From assembly GCF_009914755.1 (NCBI RefSeq), contig NC_060925.1: a stretch of 64,000 nt of DNA. One strand, given 5' to 3'. The notes beneath the pieces are model-generated. The model made no database searches and was not told where the DNA came from. It worked only from the letters and a program-made list of their open reading frames with translations. Each line of letters starts with the position of its first letter. Position 1 is the stretch's first letter. The translations under genes and the position numbers were made by a program. Below are positions 28,301 to 43,543 of this stretch, one piece after another. This stretch comes from the human T2T-CHM13v2.0 reference genome, Homo sapiens.

Positions 28301-31205
28301 CTTAAAACAAATGCCATGGAAATACAAATAATCATTCCAATTTGCCAACAAACAGGAAAACCTAGAGGAAGTGTGTAAATTCTAGTACACATAAAATCTA
28401 CCGAGACTGAACCAAGAAGAAGCAGAAAATCGAACAGACAAATGGCAAGTAATAAGCATCTCCCAACAAAGAAAAGCTCAGGACCAGACGACTTCACTGC
28501 TCAATTATATCAATATTTTAAAAGAGAACTAGCAACAATTCTTCTCAAACTATTTCAAAAAAGTTAAAGAGGAGGGAACTCTTCCAAATTTATTATATAA
28601 TGCCAGTCTTATGCTGATACACAAACCAGAAAAGAACAAAACAAAAATGAAGACTACAGGCCAATGTCTGTAATGAACATAGATGCAAAAATCCTCAATA
28701 AAATACTAGCAAACTAAATCTAACAGCACAGCAAAATGATTATACACTATGATCAAGGGGGATTTATTTCAGGGATGCAAGGATGGTCCAACATATGCAA
28801 AGCAATAAATGCGATATATCACATCAACAGAATGAAAGACATAAAACGTCTAAATAGACACAGAATCATCTCAATAGACACAGAAAAAGTATTTGACAAA
28901 ATTCAGTATGCCTTCATGATAAAAACTCTAAACAAATTAGCTATACAAGGAACATACCTCAACACAATAAAGCCTATGTGACAAACTCACAGCTAATATC
29001 ATACTAAATGGGAAAAAATGAAAAACTTTTCCTCAAAGAAATCAAACAAGACAAGGATCCCCATTTTCAACACTCTTGTTCAACTAGCATGGGAAGTCTT
29101 AGCCTGAGCAATAAGGCAAGAGAAAGAAAGAAAATGCATCCAAATTGGAAAAGAGAATGTCAAAATGTCCTTGTTTGCAGATGACATGATCTCATATAGA
29201 GAAAAAACTGAAAACTCCACCAAAAAGTCTTAGAACTATTTTAAAAACTCTTAACATTGCACGATTAAAAAAATCACCATAGGAAAATCAGTAATGTTTC
29301 CACACACCAATAACAAACTAGCTGAAGAGGAAATCAAGAAAACAATCCTATTTACAATAGTTACAAAAAAGACACCTAGGAATAAATTTAGCCAAAGAGG
29401 TTAAAAATTTTTACAATGAAAACCACAAAACACTGATGAAAATAATTGAAGAGAAAAAAAACAAATGAAAAAAAATTCCATGTTTATGGATTGGAATAAT
29501 TAATATTGTCAAAATGCCCACATAACCCAAAGCAATGTACAGATTCAATTTAATCCATATCAAAATGCCAATGGCATTCTTCATAGAAATGAAAAAAAAA
29601 ACCCTAAAATTTGTATGAAATCACAAAAGACCCCAAATAGCCAAACTAATTCTGAATAAAAGGAACAAAGCTGAAGCCATTATAGTTCCTGCTTTCAAAT
29701 TATAATACAAAGCTATACTAACCAAAATAGCATGGTACTAGCATAAAAACAGACAGATAGACCATGGCAAAGAACAGAAAACAGAAAAATGAATTAATGT
29801 ACTTATGGCCCACTGATTGACAAAGGTGACAAGAATATCCACTGGGGAAAAGATAGACTCTTCAAAAAATGGTGCTGGTAAAACTGGATATCTATATATA
29901 TCCAGAAGAATAAAATTAGACCCTCTACTTCTCACCATATACAAAAATCAACTTGAAATGGATTAAAGACTTAAATGTAAGACACAAAACTATAAAACCA
30001 CCAGAAAAAAACATAGGAGAAACACTTCTGAGCAAAGATTTAATGATGAGACTTCAAGAGCACAGGCAACAAAAGCAAAAATGACAAATGGGATTATATC
30101 AAACTCAAAAGCTTCACTGTAACAAAGGAAACAATCAAGAGAATAAAGAGGCAAGGGATTAATAACCAGAATACAGAAGGAACTCAAACAATTCAACAGC
30201 AAAAAAAAAAAAATCTGATTTAAAAATGGGCAAATGATCAAAATAGACATTTATTTTTTAAAAAGACATACAAATGGCAATGTATATGCAAAAGTGCTCA
30301 ACATCACAAACCATTAAGAAAATTTAAATCAAAACCACAATGAGATATCATCTCATCTAGTTAGACTAGCTCTTATTAAAAGCACACACAAAAAAATGCC
30401 GGCAAAGATGCAGAGAAAAGGGAACTCTTATATTCTGTTAGTGGGAATGTAAATTAGTATAGCCATTATGTAAAACAGTATGGAATTTCTTCAAAAAAAA
30501 TGAAAATAGAACTACCATATGATCTAGCAATTCCACTATTGGTTATGTATCCAAAGGAAAGGAAAACCATATGCTGAATTGTGATCTGCATCCCTGTGTT
30601 TATTGTGGCACTATTCACAATAGGCAAGATATTGAATCAACCTACATGCCCATCAGTAGATGAATGGATAAAAAAAATGTCATATATATATATGTGATAT
30701 ATATATATATCACAATGAAATATTATTCAACCATAAAAAAGAATAAAATTCTGTCATTTGCAGCAACATGGATCATCCTAGGAGATATTATGTTAAGTGA
30801 AATAAGTCAGACACAGAATGATAAATACCACATGTTCTCACTCATAATGCGGAAACTAGAAATGCTGAGCTCATAGAAGCAGAGAGTAGAATTGTGGTTA
30901 CCAGAAAAGGGTAGGTAAAGGAGGGAGTTAGAGAAGTTAGTTAAAGGATACAAACTTACAGCTAGATAGGAGGAATAAGTTCTAGTGTTTTATACACCTG
31001 TGGGATGACTACAGTCAACAGTAATATATTATAACATTTCAGATAGCTAAAAGGAGGATGCTGAATGTTCCCAACACAAAGAAATGATGGATGTTTGAGA
31101 TGATGGATATGCTAATTACCCTGATTGATCAATACACATTGTATGCATGTATTGAAATGTCACTCTGTACCCACTAAGTATGTATAATTATGACGATTTC
31201 AATTA
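25381..31205 (+). mobile_element. Near full-length degenerate L1 (L1MA4/5-like 3' end), with ORF1 and ORF2 remnants
   Basis: GC-richer 5' region, A-rich ORF1/ORF2 relics (RT segment [15 protein letters not shown] at 28736-28981), 3' UTR agctagataggaggaataagttctag. Many stops and frameshifts. Confidence 0.92.
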
Positions 31206-31904
31206 ATTTTTTTGTTTTTAATTTTAATGAAGTTTATGTTATCTATTTTTTCTTTTGTTGCTTGTGCTCTTGATACCTTAGCTAAGAAACTATTGCTTAA
31301 TCTAAGGTCAAGAAGAGTTACACCTATGTTTCCTTTCAAGAGTTGTATAGTTTTAGCTTTTACATTTGAATTTTTAAATCTGTTTTGAATTAATTTATGT
31401 ATGTGTTATGAGGTAAAGATCCAAATCCATTCTTTGCCGTGTAGACATTCGTTTGTCCAAGCATCATTTTTTGAAAAGACAATTCTTTCCCCCATTGAAT
31501 GGTCTTGACATCTTTATTAGAAATAAATTATCCATAGATATATTGATTTCTTTCTGGACTCTCAATTATACTCCAGTGACCTATATATCTACCTTTATTC
31601 CAATAGTACACTGTTTTGATTTTTGTAACTTTGTAGTAAGTTTTGAAGTATGGGTTTAAGTTCTTTTTGCTTTCTTTTTCAGGATTTTGGATGTCCTGCA
31701 TCTCTTGCAATTCCATATGAATTTTAGAATCAGCTTCTCTATTTGTTCAAAAAAGAAGTTGAAATTTTGATAGAGCTTGCACTGAATCTGTAGATCAATT
31801 TGGGGAGTATTGTCATCTTAATATTATATCTTCCAATCCATGAACATGAAATCTCTTTCTACTTATTAAGGTTCTCCTTAATCTCTTTCAGCAAAATTTT
31901 ATAG

Positions 31905-32301
<397 letters not shown>

Positions 32302-32466
32302 TGATGTTATTTTAAATGAAATTGTTTTATGGTTTCTTTTTCAGATTGTTCATTACTCGTATATATAAATACAATGGGGTTTTATATACAATACAGATAT
32401 CCATTGTAGAAATACATGGAGTTTTGATATTATATTCTGCAACTTGGCTAAATTCCTCTATTAGCT

Positions 32467-32878
32467 TGCTATAGTCTGGATGTGTGGCCCCTCCAAATCT
32501 CATGTTGAAGTATGAACTCTATTGTTGAAGGTTGGCCTAGAGAGAGGTGTTTGGGTCATGGGAACAGATCCCTCAAGAATGGCTTGGTGCTCTCCTCACA
32601 GTAATGAGTTCTCACTCTGTTAGTTCATATAAAAGCTGGTTGTTTAGAAGAGCCTGGGGCCTCTTGGTGGCTTCTCTCTTGTTCCCTCTCTCACAGTGTC
32701 ACATGCCTGCTCCCCCTTCCTTCTGCCGTGAGTATAAGCTTCCTGAGGCTTCACCAGAAGCCAAGCAGATCCTGGTGTCATGATTGTACAATCTGCAGAA
32801 CTGCGAGCCAAAGAAAACTCTTTATAAATTACCCAGTCTCAGGAATTCCTTTATAGCAATGCAAAACAGAGTAATGCA
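32467..32878 (+). mobile_element. MSTB-like MaLR solo LTR
   Basis: tgctatagtctggatg...ccaaatctcatgttgaa...aaattacccagtctcagg...taatgca; perfect TSD tagct. Confidence 0.9.
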
Positions 32879-34716
32879 TAGCTTTAGTAGTTTTTTGTTT
32901 GATATAAAATCATGTCATCTGTGACTAGAAATAGTTTTACCTCTGCCTTTCTAATATAGATGCCTTTTATTTCTTTTTCTTACCTTGTTGACCTGGCTAG
33001 AACGTTCAGTATAATGTTGAATGGAAGTGGCAAGAATGAAAATTCTTGTCTTGTGCCTGATATTACAGGGAAAGCTTTTGGTCTTTTACATAGAGTTTGA
33101 TGTTAGCTATGGAATTTTCCAGATGGCCTTTATCATGTTGAGAATGCTGCCTTCTATTTCTACTTTACTGAGTGTTCCCATCATGAAAGACTGTTGAATT
33201 TTGTCAAATGCTTTTTGTCATCAGTTAAGATGAATGTGTGGGGTTTTACTCTTTCTTTCATAAATGTTGTAATATGTTGATTTGACTTCTTTTCATATGT
33301 TGAACCACCCTTGCATCCCTGGAAAAAATTAGTCATAAGGTATAATCCTTTTAATCTAGTGTTGAATTTTGTTTGCTAGTATTGTGTTGAAAATTTTTGC
33401 ATCTATATTCATAAGGGATATTGGCATGCAGTTTTCTCTCCTTGTCATATCTTTGTCTGGCTTTGGTATCAGGGTAATGCTGGCCTCATAGAATGAGTTG
33501 GGAAGTATTTCCTCCCCTTCTACTTTTTGGAAGTTTGAAAAGAATTACTCTGCTTCATAAAATATTTGGTAGACTTTGCCAGTGAAGCCACCCAGTCATG
33601 AGCTTTTTTCTGTTAGAATTTTTGATTACTGATTCAATATCCTTACTTGTTTTAAGTCTATTCAGATTTCATCTTGAGTCAATTTTGATAGTTTGTGTGT
33701 GTAGTTTGTGTGTTTCTAGGAAGTTGTTCATTTTGTTTAGGTTATATGATTTTTTTTCACATAGAAATGTTTATAGCACTCTATATAATTCTTTTTATTG
33801 TCATAAGGCTAATAGTAATATTACCACTTTCATTTTTTATTTGAATCTTCTTTTTGTCTTCATCAGTTGAGGTAAAAGTTTGGCAATTTTGTTGATCTTT
33901 TCAAAGAACAAAGTTTAGTTTCATTAATTCTCTTTATTGTTTTTCTATGTTTTGTTTCATTTACCTCTGCTCAAATCTTTATTATTTCAGCCCTTCTGTT
34001 TGCTGTGGGCTTAGTCTGCCTTTTTTTTTTTTTTTTTTTTTTTTGCTAGTCACTTAGGAAGGTTAGGTTATTTATATAAGATTTTTTTTTAACGTAGGCA
34101 TTTAAAAGTATAAATTTCCCTCTGAGCACTGCTTTCATTGTATCTCATAGATTTTGGTATGTTGTGTTTTCATGTTCATACATCTCTATTTTCTAAATCC
34201 CCTTGTGATTTCTTCTTTGGCCCATTGGTTATTTAAGAGTATGTTGTTTAATTTCCGCATATTTGTGAATTTTCCAGTTTCCCTTCTGTTATAGATTTCT
34301 AATTTCATTCCAAAGACACTTGTTATGATTTCAATATTTTAAAATTTATTGAGATTTGTTTAGAAGTTTAACATATGGTTCATCTTGGAGAATTATCCGT
34401 ATGCGCTTGAGAAGAATGTGTATTCTGCAGTTGTTGAATGGAGTGTCCTGTACATGTCTCTTAGGTATAGTTGGCTTGTAGTGTTATTCAAGTCCTCTAT
34501 GTCCTTGTTGATGATCTGCCTAGTTGACTTATTCATTATTGAAAGTGGAATATGCAACTGTCCTACTCTTATTGTTGAACTGCCTACTTCTGTCTTTAAT
34601 TGCCCATCTTTGCTTCATATATTTGGGGCTCTGTTTATAGGTTTATAATTGATATATGTTCTTGATGGATTGACCCTTTATTATTATGTAATATCCTGAT
34701 TTGTCTATTGTAACAA

Positions 34717-34899
34717 TTTTTTCTTTTTTCTTTTTTGAGATAGGGTCTTGTTCTATTGCTCAGGTTGGAGTAGTACAGTGGTACAATCACATCTTACTAT
34801 AGTCTCAACCTCCTGGGCCCAAGCCCGCCTGCCACCTCAGTCTCTCAAATAGCTGGGACCACAGGTAAATACAACTAAGCCCAGCTAATGTCTTTATTT

Positions 34900-34950
<51 letters not shown>

Positions 34951-35031
34951 CTCTCTTTCCTTCTTTCTTTCTCTCTCTCTCTCTCCCTCTCTCTCTCTCC
35001 CTCTCTCTCTGTCTCTCTCTCTCTCTCCCTC

Positions 35032-35064
<33 letters not shown>

Positions 35065-35182
35065 TTTGAGATGGGGGTTCCCTATGTTGCCCAGGCTGGT
35101 CTTGAACTCCTAGGCTCAAGTGATTTTCCCTCCTTGGCTTACCAAAGTGTTGGGATTACAGGCATGAGCTACTGCACCAGGC
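34717..35182 (-). mobile_element. AluJ whose middle linker has expanded into a microsatellite
   Basis: Right arm 34717-34887, left arm 35064-35182, simple repeat in between. Confidence 0.9.
34897..35067 (+). repeat. Compound (TTTC)13-(CT)n polypyrimidine microsatellite
   Basis: 171 nt containing only two purines (35011, 35039). Confidence 0.97.
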
Positions 35183-35996
35183 ATAATTTCTTTCTTAAAC
35201 TCTATTTTGTCTGATAGTCATATATTTACTCCAGCTGTCTTTTAGTTAGTGTTTGCATGAAGGAGCTTCTTCCATTTCTTAGCTTTCAACTTATTTTGAC
35301 TTTGAATCTAAAGCAAGTCTCTTATAGACAGCATACAATTAGATCATGTTTTTCAATCTTTACTGCCAACATTTGCCTTTTCATTAGAGCTTTCATCCAT
35401 TTATTTTTAATGTAATTACTGATAAGGTAGGATTTTTGCCATTTTGCTATTTGCTTTCTATATGTTTTTTTTTTTGCTCTTTAATTCCTTTGTTACTGCC
35501 TTCTTTTGTATTAAATACGTATTTTCTAGTATACCTTTTTGATTACTTTCTCTTTTCTTTTTCTACACATTTTAAAGTTGTATTCTTAGTGGTTGCCCTG
35601 AGGATTACAATTAACGTTTTCATTTATAGCAATCTAGTTTCAATTCAAGTTAGTTTCAATTGTATACAAAATGTTTGCATTTACACAGCTCCATCCCTCT
35701 CTTTATGTTGTTATTGTCACAAATGATATCTTTATATGCTTTGTATTTATAAACATAGATTTATAATTTTTGTATTATGCAATTGGATTTAAATCACATA
35801 AGAAAAAGTGAGGTTTATAAACTGAAAAGACATTAATACTGACTTTTATATTTATCTTCATATCTACTTTTACTGCTTTTTTTGTATTTTTTCCTTTTCT
35901 TTTTCATTTTTCATTTGTTTTGTTGTACCTTTATTCTTTCCTTCCTTATTCCTTATTTTCTTGTTTAAAACATAGGTAGGAGAAAAGAGAAAAGTG

Positions 35997-36614
35997 ATTT
36001 TTGCTTAGGACTGACTTGGCTATTTGGGCCCTTTTTTTTTGTTCTATATGAATTTTAAGATAGTTTTTTCTAATTCTGTAAAGAAGGTCAATGGTAATTT
36101 AATGAGAATCATGCTACCTGACTTCAAACTGTACTACAAGGCTACAGTAACCAAAACAGCATGGTACTAGTACAAGAACAGACACATAGACTAATGAATC
36201 AGAATAGAGAAATCAGAAATGAGACCACACACCTGCAACCATCTGATCTTTGACAAATCTAACAAAAACAAACAATGGGGAAAGGATCCCCTATTTAATA
36301 AATGGTGCTAGGAGAAGTGGCTAGCAGTATGCAGAAAATTGAAACTGGACCCCCTCCTTACACCATATACAAAAATTAACTCAAAATGGATTAAAGACTT
36401 AAATGTAAAACCCAAAACTATAAAAATCCTAGACGACACTCTAGACAATACCATTCAGGACGCAAGCAAAAATTTCACAACAAAAATATCAAAAGCAATT
36501 CAATAAAAGCAAAAATTGACAAATGGGATCTAATTAAACTAAAGAGCTTCTGCACAACAAAAGAAACTATTATCAGAGTGAACAGACAGCCTACAGAATG
36601 GGAGAAAAATTTTG

Positions 36615-36645
<31 letters not shown>

Positions 36646-37557
36646 CCTAACAAAGATCTAATATCCAGAATCCACAAGTAACTTAAACAAATTTACAAGA
36701 AAAAAATAAACAACCCCATTAAAAAGCGGACATTAAAAAGTGAACATGAACAGATCCTTCTCAAAGGAAGACATACATACGGCCAACAAACATATGAAAA
36801 AAAGCTCAACATCACTGATCATTAGAGAAATGCAAATCAAAACCACAATGAGATACCATCTCACACCAGTTAGAATGGCTACTATTAAAAAGTCAAAAAA
36901 CAACAGATGCTGCAGTGGTTATGAAGAAAAAGGAATGTTTTTACACTGTTGGTAGGAGTGTAAATTAGTTCAATCACTGTGGAAGACAGTGTGGCGATTA
37001 TTCAAAAACCTAAATGCAGAAATACCATTTGACCCAGCAATCCCATTACTGGGTATGTACCCAAAGGCATATAAATCATTCAGTTATAAAGATACATGCA
37101 TGCATATGTTCATTGCAGCACTATTTGCAGTAGCAAAGTCATGGAATCAACCTAAATGTCCATCAATGATAGATTGCATAAAGAAAATGTGATACATATA
37201 TGCCATGGAATACTATGCAGCCATAAAAAGGAATGGGATCATGTCCTTTGCAGGGACATGGATGGAGTTAGAAGCCATTATCCTCAGCAAAGTAACACAG
37301 GAACAGAAAACCAAACACTGCATGTTCTCACTTATATGTGGGAGCTGAATGATGAGAACTCATAGACATATGGAGGGGAACAACACACACTGGGCACCTG
37401 TGGGGTGGGAAGAGCATCAGGAAAAATAGCTAATGGATTCTGGGTTTAATACTTGCGTGATGGGATGATCTGTGCAGTAAACCACCATGGTACCCGTTTA
37501 CCTATGTAAAAAACCTGCATATCCTGCACATCTATTCCTAAACTTATATTTTTTAAA
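35997..37557 (+). mobile_element. 5'-truncated, 5'-inverted primate L1 (L1PA11-13-like)
   Basis: Inverted piece 35997-36108, sense piece 36109-37557; 14-bp TSD aaaagagaaaag(t/c)g at 35983-35996 and 37558-37571. Confidence 0.92.
36615..36645 (+). repeat. (CTAT)7 tetranucleotide STR inside the L1PA
   Basis: Perfect tandem CTAT. Confidence 0.95.
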
Positions 37558-38789
37558 AAAAGAGAAAAGCGTTCTTTATTATTATTTTAAGTTGAGAAGC
37601 TTATAATGTTATTGGTGATTAATCCTTTCCCTTGTCTTTGACACTCACATACTGTGTTACAAATATGTCTCCATGTTATTTATTTGTCCTTTTAAGATGC
37701 AAGTCCTGCAACTTCAACTGGATGTTAAGCATAATAGGAGTAGAAACTCTGCCTTATATTTCTCCACATTTCTAATGTCAAAGGAAACTCTCTTTTGTAG
37801 AAGATATTCAATATGTGGTTGTTGATTTTGTACTAGACAGCTTACCTCATTTCTTCAGGCAGGCAAACTATTATTGTCTCCATTTACAGTGAGAAAACTG
37901 AGAGCCAACAGAGTTCAGGAACTTGACCAAGATCATAATGAAGAGGGGACAAAAACATGTTCTTCTGTGCTTTGTACCCAACATTGTTTCTCAGGCAGCT
38001 TGTTTCAGTTATCTCTTACAAGCCTACAACAAGCTTTCCCACCACCAGCACTAACTTCTGGCAACAGATAGTACTTGTAATGAATAATCCAACTGAAACA
38101 GCATTCAGTTTGAGATTCTATCTGTTCTTTTTGAATAAACACTGAAAGCAAATGAAATAGGAAATTGTTTCCCACAGACTTCCTGAGCAATAGGGAAAAA
38201 CATTTGAACCCTATTCTCAGCCGAAGGACAATGAGAGGGTGGCTGTGCATGCAGATCATGCTGAACAACTTCAAGTGAAACACAGAAGACAGCATGACCA
38301 AAGTTTGCCCTTCTTGAAACTTGAAGTGGGTGAACTGTGTCTTCTCAGCCCTCAGACCTACTTGCTTGGCTTGGAGAATGGCCTTTGGTAGTAGAAGTCA
38401 CAGATGAAGTTTTTAGGATCAAACAAATAAGGGTTTTAATTTTGGGATATCTATAACACAAACAGTAACTTTGAACAAGTTACTCCCTCACTTGCAAAAC
38501 TAAGATTTTTATGAGGATTAATGTCAATCATGTATGTGATGGTGCCTGGAATAGAAGAAATTGATGTTAGCTTTCTTTCTTCCTCCATGGGCCCTCTAAC
38601 TTCAGCATTGCCACCATTACCCCTTATGAAATAAATAGGCTGATAAATATGTTCACCCTAAAGCCTAAATGACTATGAGGTTCAATATTATAGTTTTTAC
38701 AAGAGTAACCCTATTTTAACAGGTGACCAAAATCTCATTTTCAAGGAATGAAATTATGAAATGGAGCCTGCTTTGCTCATAGACATCCA

Positions 38790-39543
38790 GGCTTACTAAA
38801 CATCCTTCCCTACAACATGGAACCAGGGATCCTTGGAGAAATGGCTGAGTCCAAGATAGGGTCAATGAAAGTACAAAATGATCCTGTAACATCCTGTGCC
38901 TAGAAGTACACAAAAAAACAATGGATTATGCAAAAAAGATGCAGAAGCCAATGTGAAGGCATTCCCACAGGCTGAACTTCTGAGGGACTGATGATTAAAA
39001 TGACTCATGTCAGGAATGGATTATAACATGCTGAATAAACATATATTTATAGTCCATATTTGCACTTAAAAAAAATTAAAGGTGGATATGAAGAAAGAGG
39101 AAAAGCTATTTTTGTAGAATAATGCCAACTAATAGATATAGAAGGAATAGTGGAAATAGAAAACCAGCACCCTTTTACACACCATAGTAATAATTGATTC
39201 TGATAATAATTATTAATGGATGCCAAAGGCATTGAGTGAAAAATTGGGGGTAAAAATATACACACACATTCTCAGATTATTTAGTAATAACAATGGAAAA
39301 ATATCTTTACAATGGAGAGATCTAGTGGACATCATTCTAATCAAATGGTAAAATTTAATGTCCTTAGTAATTAGACAATCTAGTACCATGTTATTGCTAA
39401 TGTGATACACTAAGCTCACAATATAATCTCTTCCAAAAATAGTTGAACCAAATCTGATCACCAAGAAACAATCCAACAAATCTACTAGACTCTTCAAAAA
39501 TGTTGCTGTCATGAAAGATCTCTCTCTCTCTCACACACACACA

Positions 39544-39591
<48 letters not shown>

Positions 39592-39860
39592 GTGGAGAAC
39601 TGACCTAGATCAGAGGAGACTGAAGCAACATGTCAAATACAATGCATAATCCTGATTCCTTGACTTTGAGTCCCAGAAAAAAAGAGAAAAAAATAATTGT
39701 GGACAATTAGGTAAATTTAAAGGAGTGCACATTATACAATACTATTATGTCACTGTTAATTTTCCCAACTATATAATTCTATGTAATTAGATAAGAGAAT
39801 GTTCTTATTCTTCAGAGATATATACTGAAGTATTTAAGGGCTAACGGTAATTATTTCTGT
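38790..39860 (+). mobile_element. L1MC4/5-like 3' UTR fragment
   Basis: ccttggagaaatggctgagtcca...aaagtacaaaatga...ggattataac...tttacaatggagagatct. Confidence 0.75.
39519..39588 (+). repeat. Compound dinucleotide microsatellite (TC)7(AC)6(GC)2(AC)20
   Basis: Read directly from the sequence. Confidence 0.97.
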
Positions 39861-40399
39861 TACTCTTGAATTATTTATATGCATCCCTCTCTCTCTTTAT
39901 CTCTCTACCAATGTGGTGATTATAACCTAAAAATGGACTTTGTACATTTAAAAAATACGGCCTCACAGGTAGTCCAGTTATTTAATCCGAATGGCCAACT
40001 TAATTATTCTTCAGAAAAATTTGAGATTTATATTAAAAAATGGGTAAAAATAATTCAAGCTCATCTTCAGATACAAAATGCCAAAAGCTTAGCATATTCA
40101 AGCTCATTTACTGTAGTCATGAACCTTCAGTCAGTAGATTCTTCAATAGGTAATCATTAATTTCACTCATCTAGACACAATGGATTTTCTTGTTTCACTG
40201 TGTTGAACAAAAACAATGCTGACTCCCTGAAGAACTATTTCAGTAACAAGGGAAAATACAGAAACTGCAATGATTGAAGAAGGATTGTATATGTTATGTT
40301 TTATTTGCAATGATTGTCTTTAAAAATCAGCTCTGATCTCCCCAAGGATGAATCTCTTCTTCACATCTGGAAAGAGGTTTTATGAGGTATGCAATTTAT

Positions 40400-40570
40400 T
40401 AGTTGTATGAGCTTGGGTGCCTCTTGATGCATCAGTTCCCTCATCAGTAAGATAAAGTTGAAAAATATTACTTACTTTATCAGGTTGTTAAGGATAAATG
40501 AATTAGTGTAAGTGAAGTACATTGAATAGTGCACAGCACCTAATAAGTGCTGCATGTTTTAGCTATTATT
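40400..40570 (+). mobile_element. MIR SINE
   Basis: catcagttccctcatc...ggttgttaaggataaatga...taagtgct. Confidence 0.7.
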
Positions 40571-40594
40571 GTTTTTTTTTTTATAGCTTTATGA

Positions 40595-41212
<618 letters not shown>

Positions 41213-41957
41213 AAGGAAATCTTTTTATAGTGGCAAATCCTTTAATGAAATGTGCAGCTCCCTCTTTTCTGTATAAGGCTAGGTCCTACCCAATAGTTTT
41301 GTTTTTCATTATTTCTTGGTCGTTTTGTTTTAAAGATCTTTGGGGAATATTCCCAAATCACATTAGGAAGTACTCATTTACTGGGTTAAATCGTTTCAAA
41401 CATTTTACTAGCCATGAGCTTCAAGGAATTTTCTGCAAGAGCGTTTAGTAAACCCTTTGCACATCTTTCCTGGCATTCCGGAACATTTTTGTTCTTTGTT
41501 CTTATAGCCCAATTTGTTAATGCTTATGATTAAGAAGCCCCCTTTTCTAGTGTCCATAAATGATCGGATAAACTTCTTCCCTCTAACATTTTGACGTTTT
41601 AAGATGTATTATATTATATATAGGCTATACTTATCTAACACATGAAGGGAAAGCAAGATATTCTAGCTCCTTAGGCAAATATCACTTCAATGTATTTTCA
41701 ACTGATATACATGTAGAGGCTTCAGAATGCCACATTTTGTAACGACAGTTTCAAATGTATTTTTCTCAAGCGGTAATAAAAAATAATCACTATTTCTAAC
41801 ATAGTGATCTCTATCATCCTTAAACATTATGTTCTTATTAAACCTGTGAAACCAGTCTTGTGAATGTGATTGTATCTATTTTCCATACATATAATGTAAT
41901 TAAATAATTTTAATTTTTAAAATATTAATTTTCAACACACCTGAAAACAATAGGAGC

Positions 41958-42255
41958 AGCCAGGCATGGTGGCTCATACCTGTAATCCCACCACTTGGGA
42001 GGCTGAAGCAGGAGGATTGCTTGAGCCCAGGAGTTTCAGATCAGCCTGGACAACATAAGAAGACCGCATCGCTACAAGAAATGAAAAAATTAGCTGAACA
42101 TGGTGGCACGTGCCCGTTGTCCCAGCTACTCAGGAGAGAGAGGTGGGGGGGATCACTTCAGCCCAGGAGTTTGAAGCTGCAGTGAGCCAGGATCATGCCA
42201 CTCCACTCAAGGGTGACACAGTGAGACCTCGTCTCAAAAACAAACAAACAAACAC
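41958..42255 (+). mobile_element. AluJ
   Basis: ttgagcccaggagtt diagnostics; TSD caataggag. Confidence 0.93.
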
Positions 42256-43149
42256 CAATAGGAGGTACCCTTTGTTATATTGTAATTCTTGCTTTTTAGA
42301 GACAAACATCTGTGGATTAAATGATTAGACACTCACTATGTGTCACTGTTTGGTCTTTGTTTTAAAAACCTGCTTACATGGATTAGAAGGATTTTTGTAC
42401 ATAAAAAATAGGTCACCAACTGAATGAGAACCATGGATCATCTCTTCCAACAGAGTGTAAAATGATGACAGGTCTTGTGATTCACTCAGATAAACTGAGA
42501 TATAAACTCCATGATTTATACGTTTAAATGATACTTTAGATTGGTTACATTATCGGTACATTTTTACTAAATGCCTATTTTTACTTGTTTTTAGGTATTT
42601 GAAAATAAATGCTACATTTACCTTGCTATTTAAATTTTTTCTCATCGGAGTTATTAAGGACAAGATAAATTATGTGCGATTATGTTTGATTTAGAGCTTT
42701 GGGGTGAGTTTATATATGCTTAATAAATCAAATGGTTACATTTATTTTTACTTAATAAATGGCAAGCTAAACACTCTTCCCTGTAAGTTTAAAACATAAT
42801 TGATAAGATTACTCTGTATTGTGATTTATCTTTTTTGTAACTTTTGTTTCCCCAGGAACCTGTCTTAAATCCTCCAAGGTGTCATTCATTTAGTTATTTG
42901 ACACTAAGCCCCTAAGTGAAATTATAACTATGGCTAAAATCCTTCCTCATTTTGGAGGCTTCTAATCCAAGAACCAAAGATGCCAACATTCTTCCTCTGT
43001 GACTATTTTAACTTTGTGGTTATGATACCTATTGCCACACTTTCAGTCCTACTTGTCCACACTTAAACACCATGCTTTCCCATTCTGAGTGATGGCACCC
43101 TCATCCCCACCCAAAGCTACTGTGGGTGCTACTGCCTTACAGAGTATAC

Positions 43150-43543
43150 TGTGGTGTGCTGCCTGGATATTTCCAGCATCTTGGAGTGCTTTCAGCAGAC
43201 AGCCATCAGCCATCAGCCTTCTTTGTGAATTGCCTAGGCTGCCACGTCACCTCTCTAGGGCAGCCCACATGCAATGAATGATTTGTCAACATGGAAGCGT
43301 ACAGACCAACTCCCCTCATTCAAACTTGGAACAACTTGGAAGGACCATTCCAGCTTCAGCACTCCCCAGGGATAAGTCAAGACTTTCATTGAGCCTGCAC
43401 CACAACCTGCTTTCTCCCTCTGCCCACTACTTCTTCCTTCCCTCCTCTCTCACAGCTGTTATTCCCAACAGCATTTCTTAATAACCCTCCAACATGCTAA
43501 TCTCCATCTCAGGGTCTACTTCCTGGAAAATCCAATTTACAAC
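43150..43543 (+). mobile_element. LTR16C-like ERVL solo LTR
   Basis: gggcagcccacatgcaatga...ccagcttcagcactcccc...gctaatctccatctcagggtctacttcctggaaaatccaa. Confidence 0.8.

Noticed and set aside
25381-31205. Potentially active L1
   Set aside because: ORF1 and ORF2 are fragmented by many stops, frameshifts and deletions.
34805-35214. ER-rich and SL-rich ORFs
   Set aside because: Translations of the CT/TTTC microsatellite.
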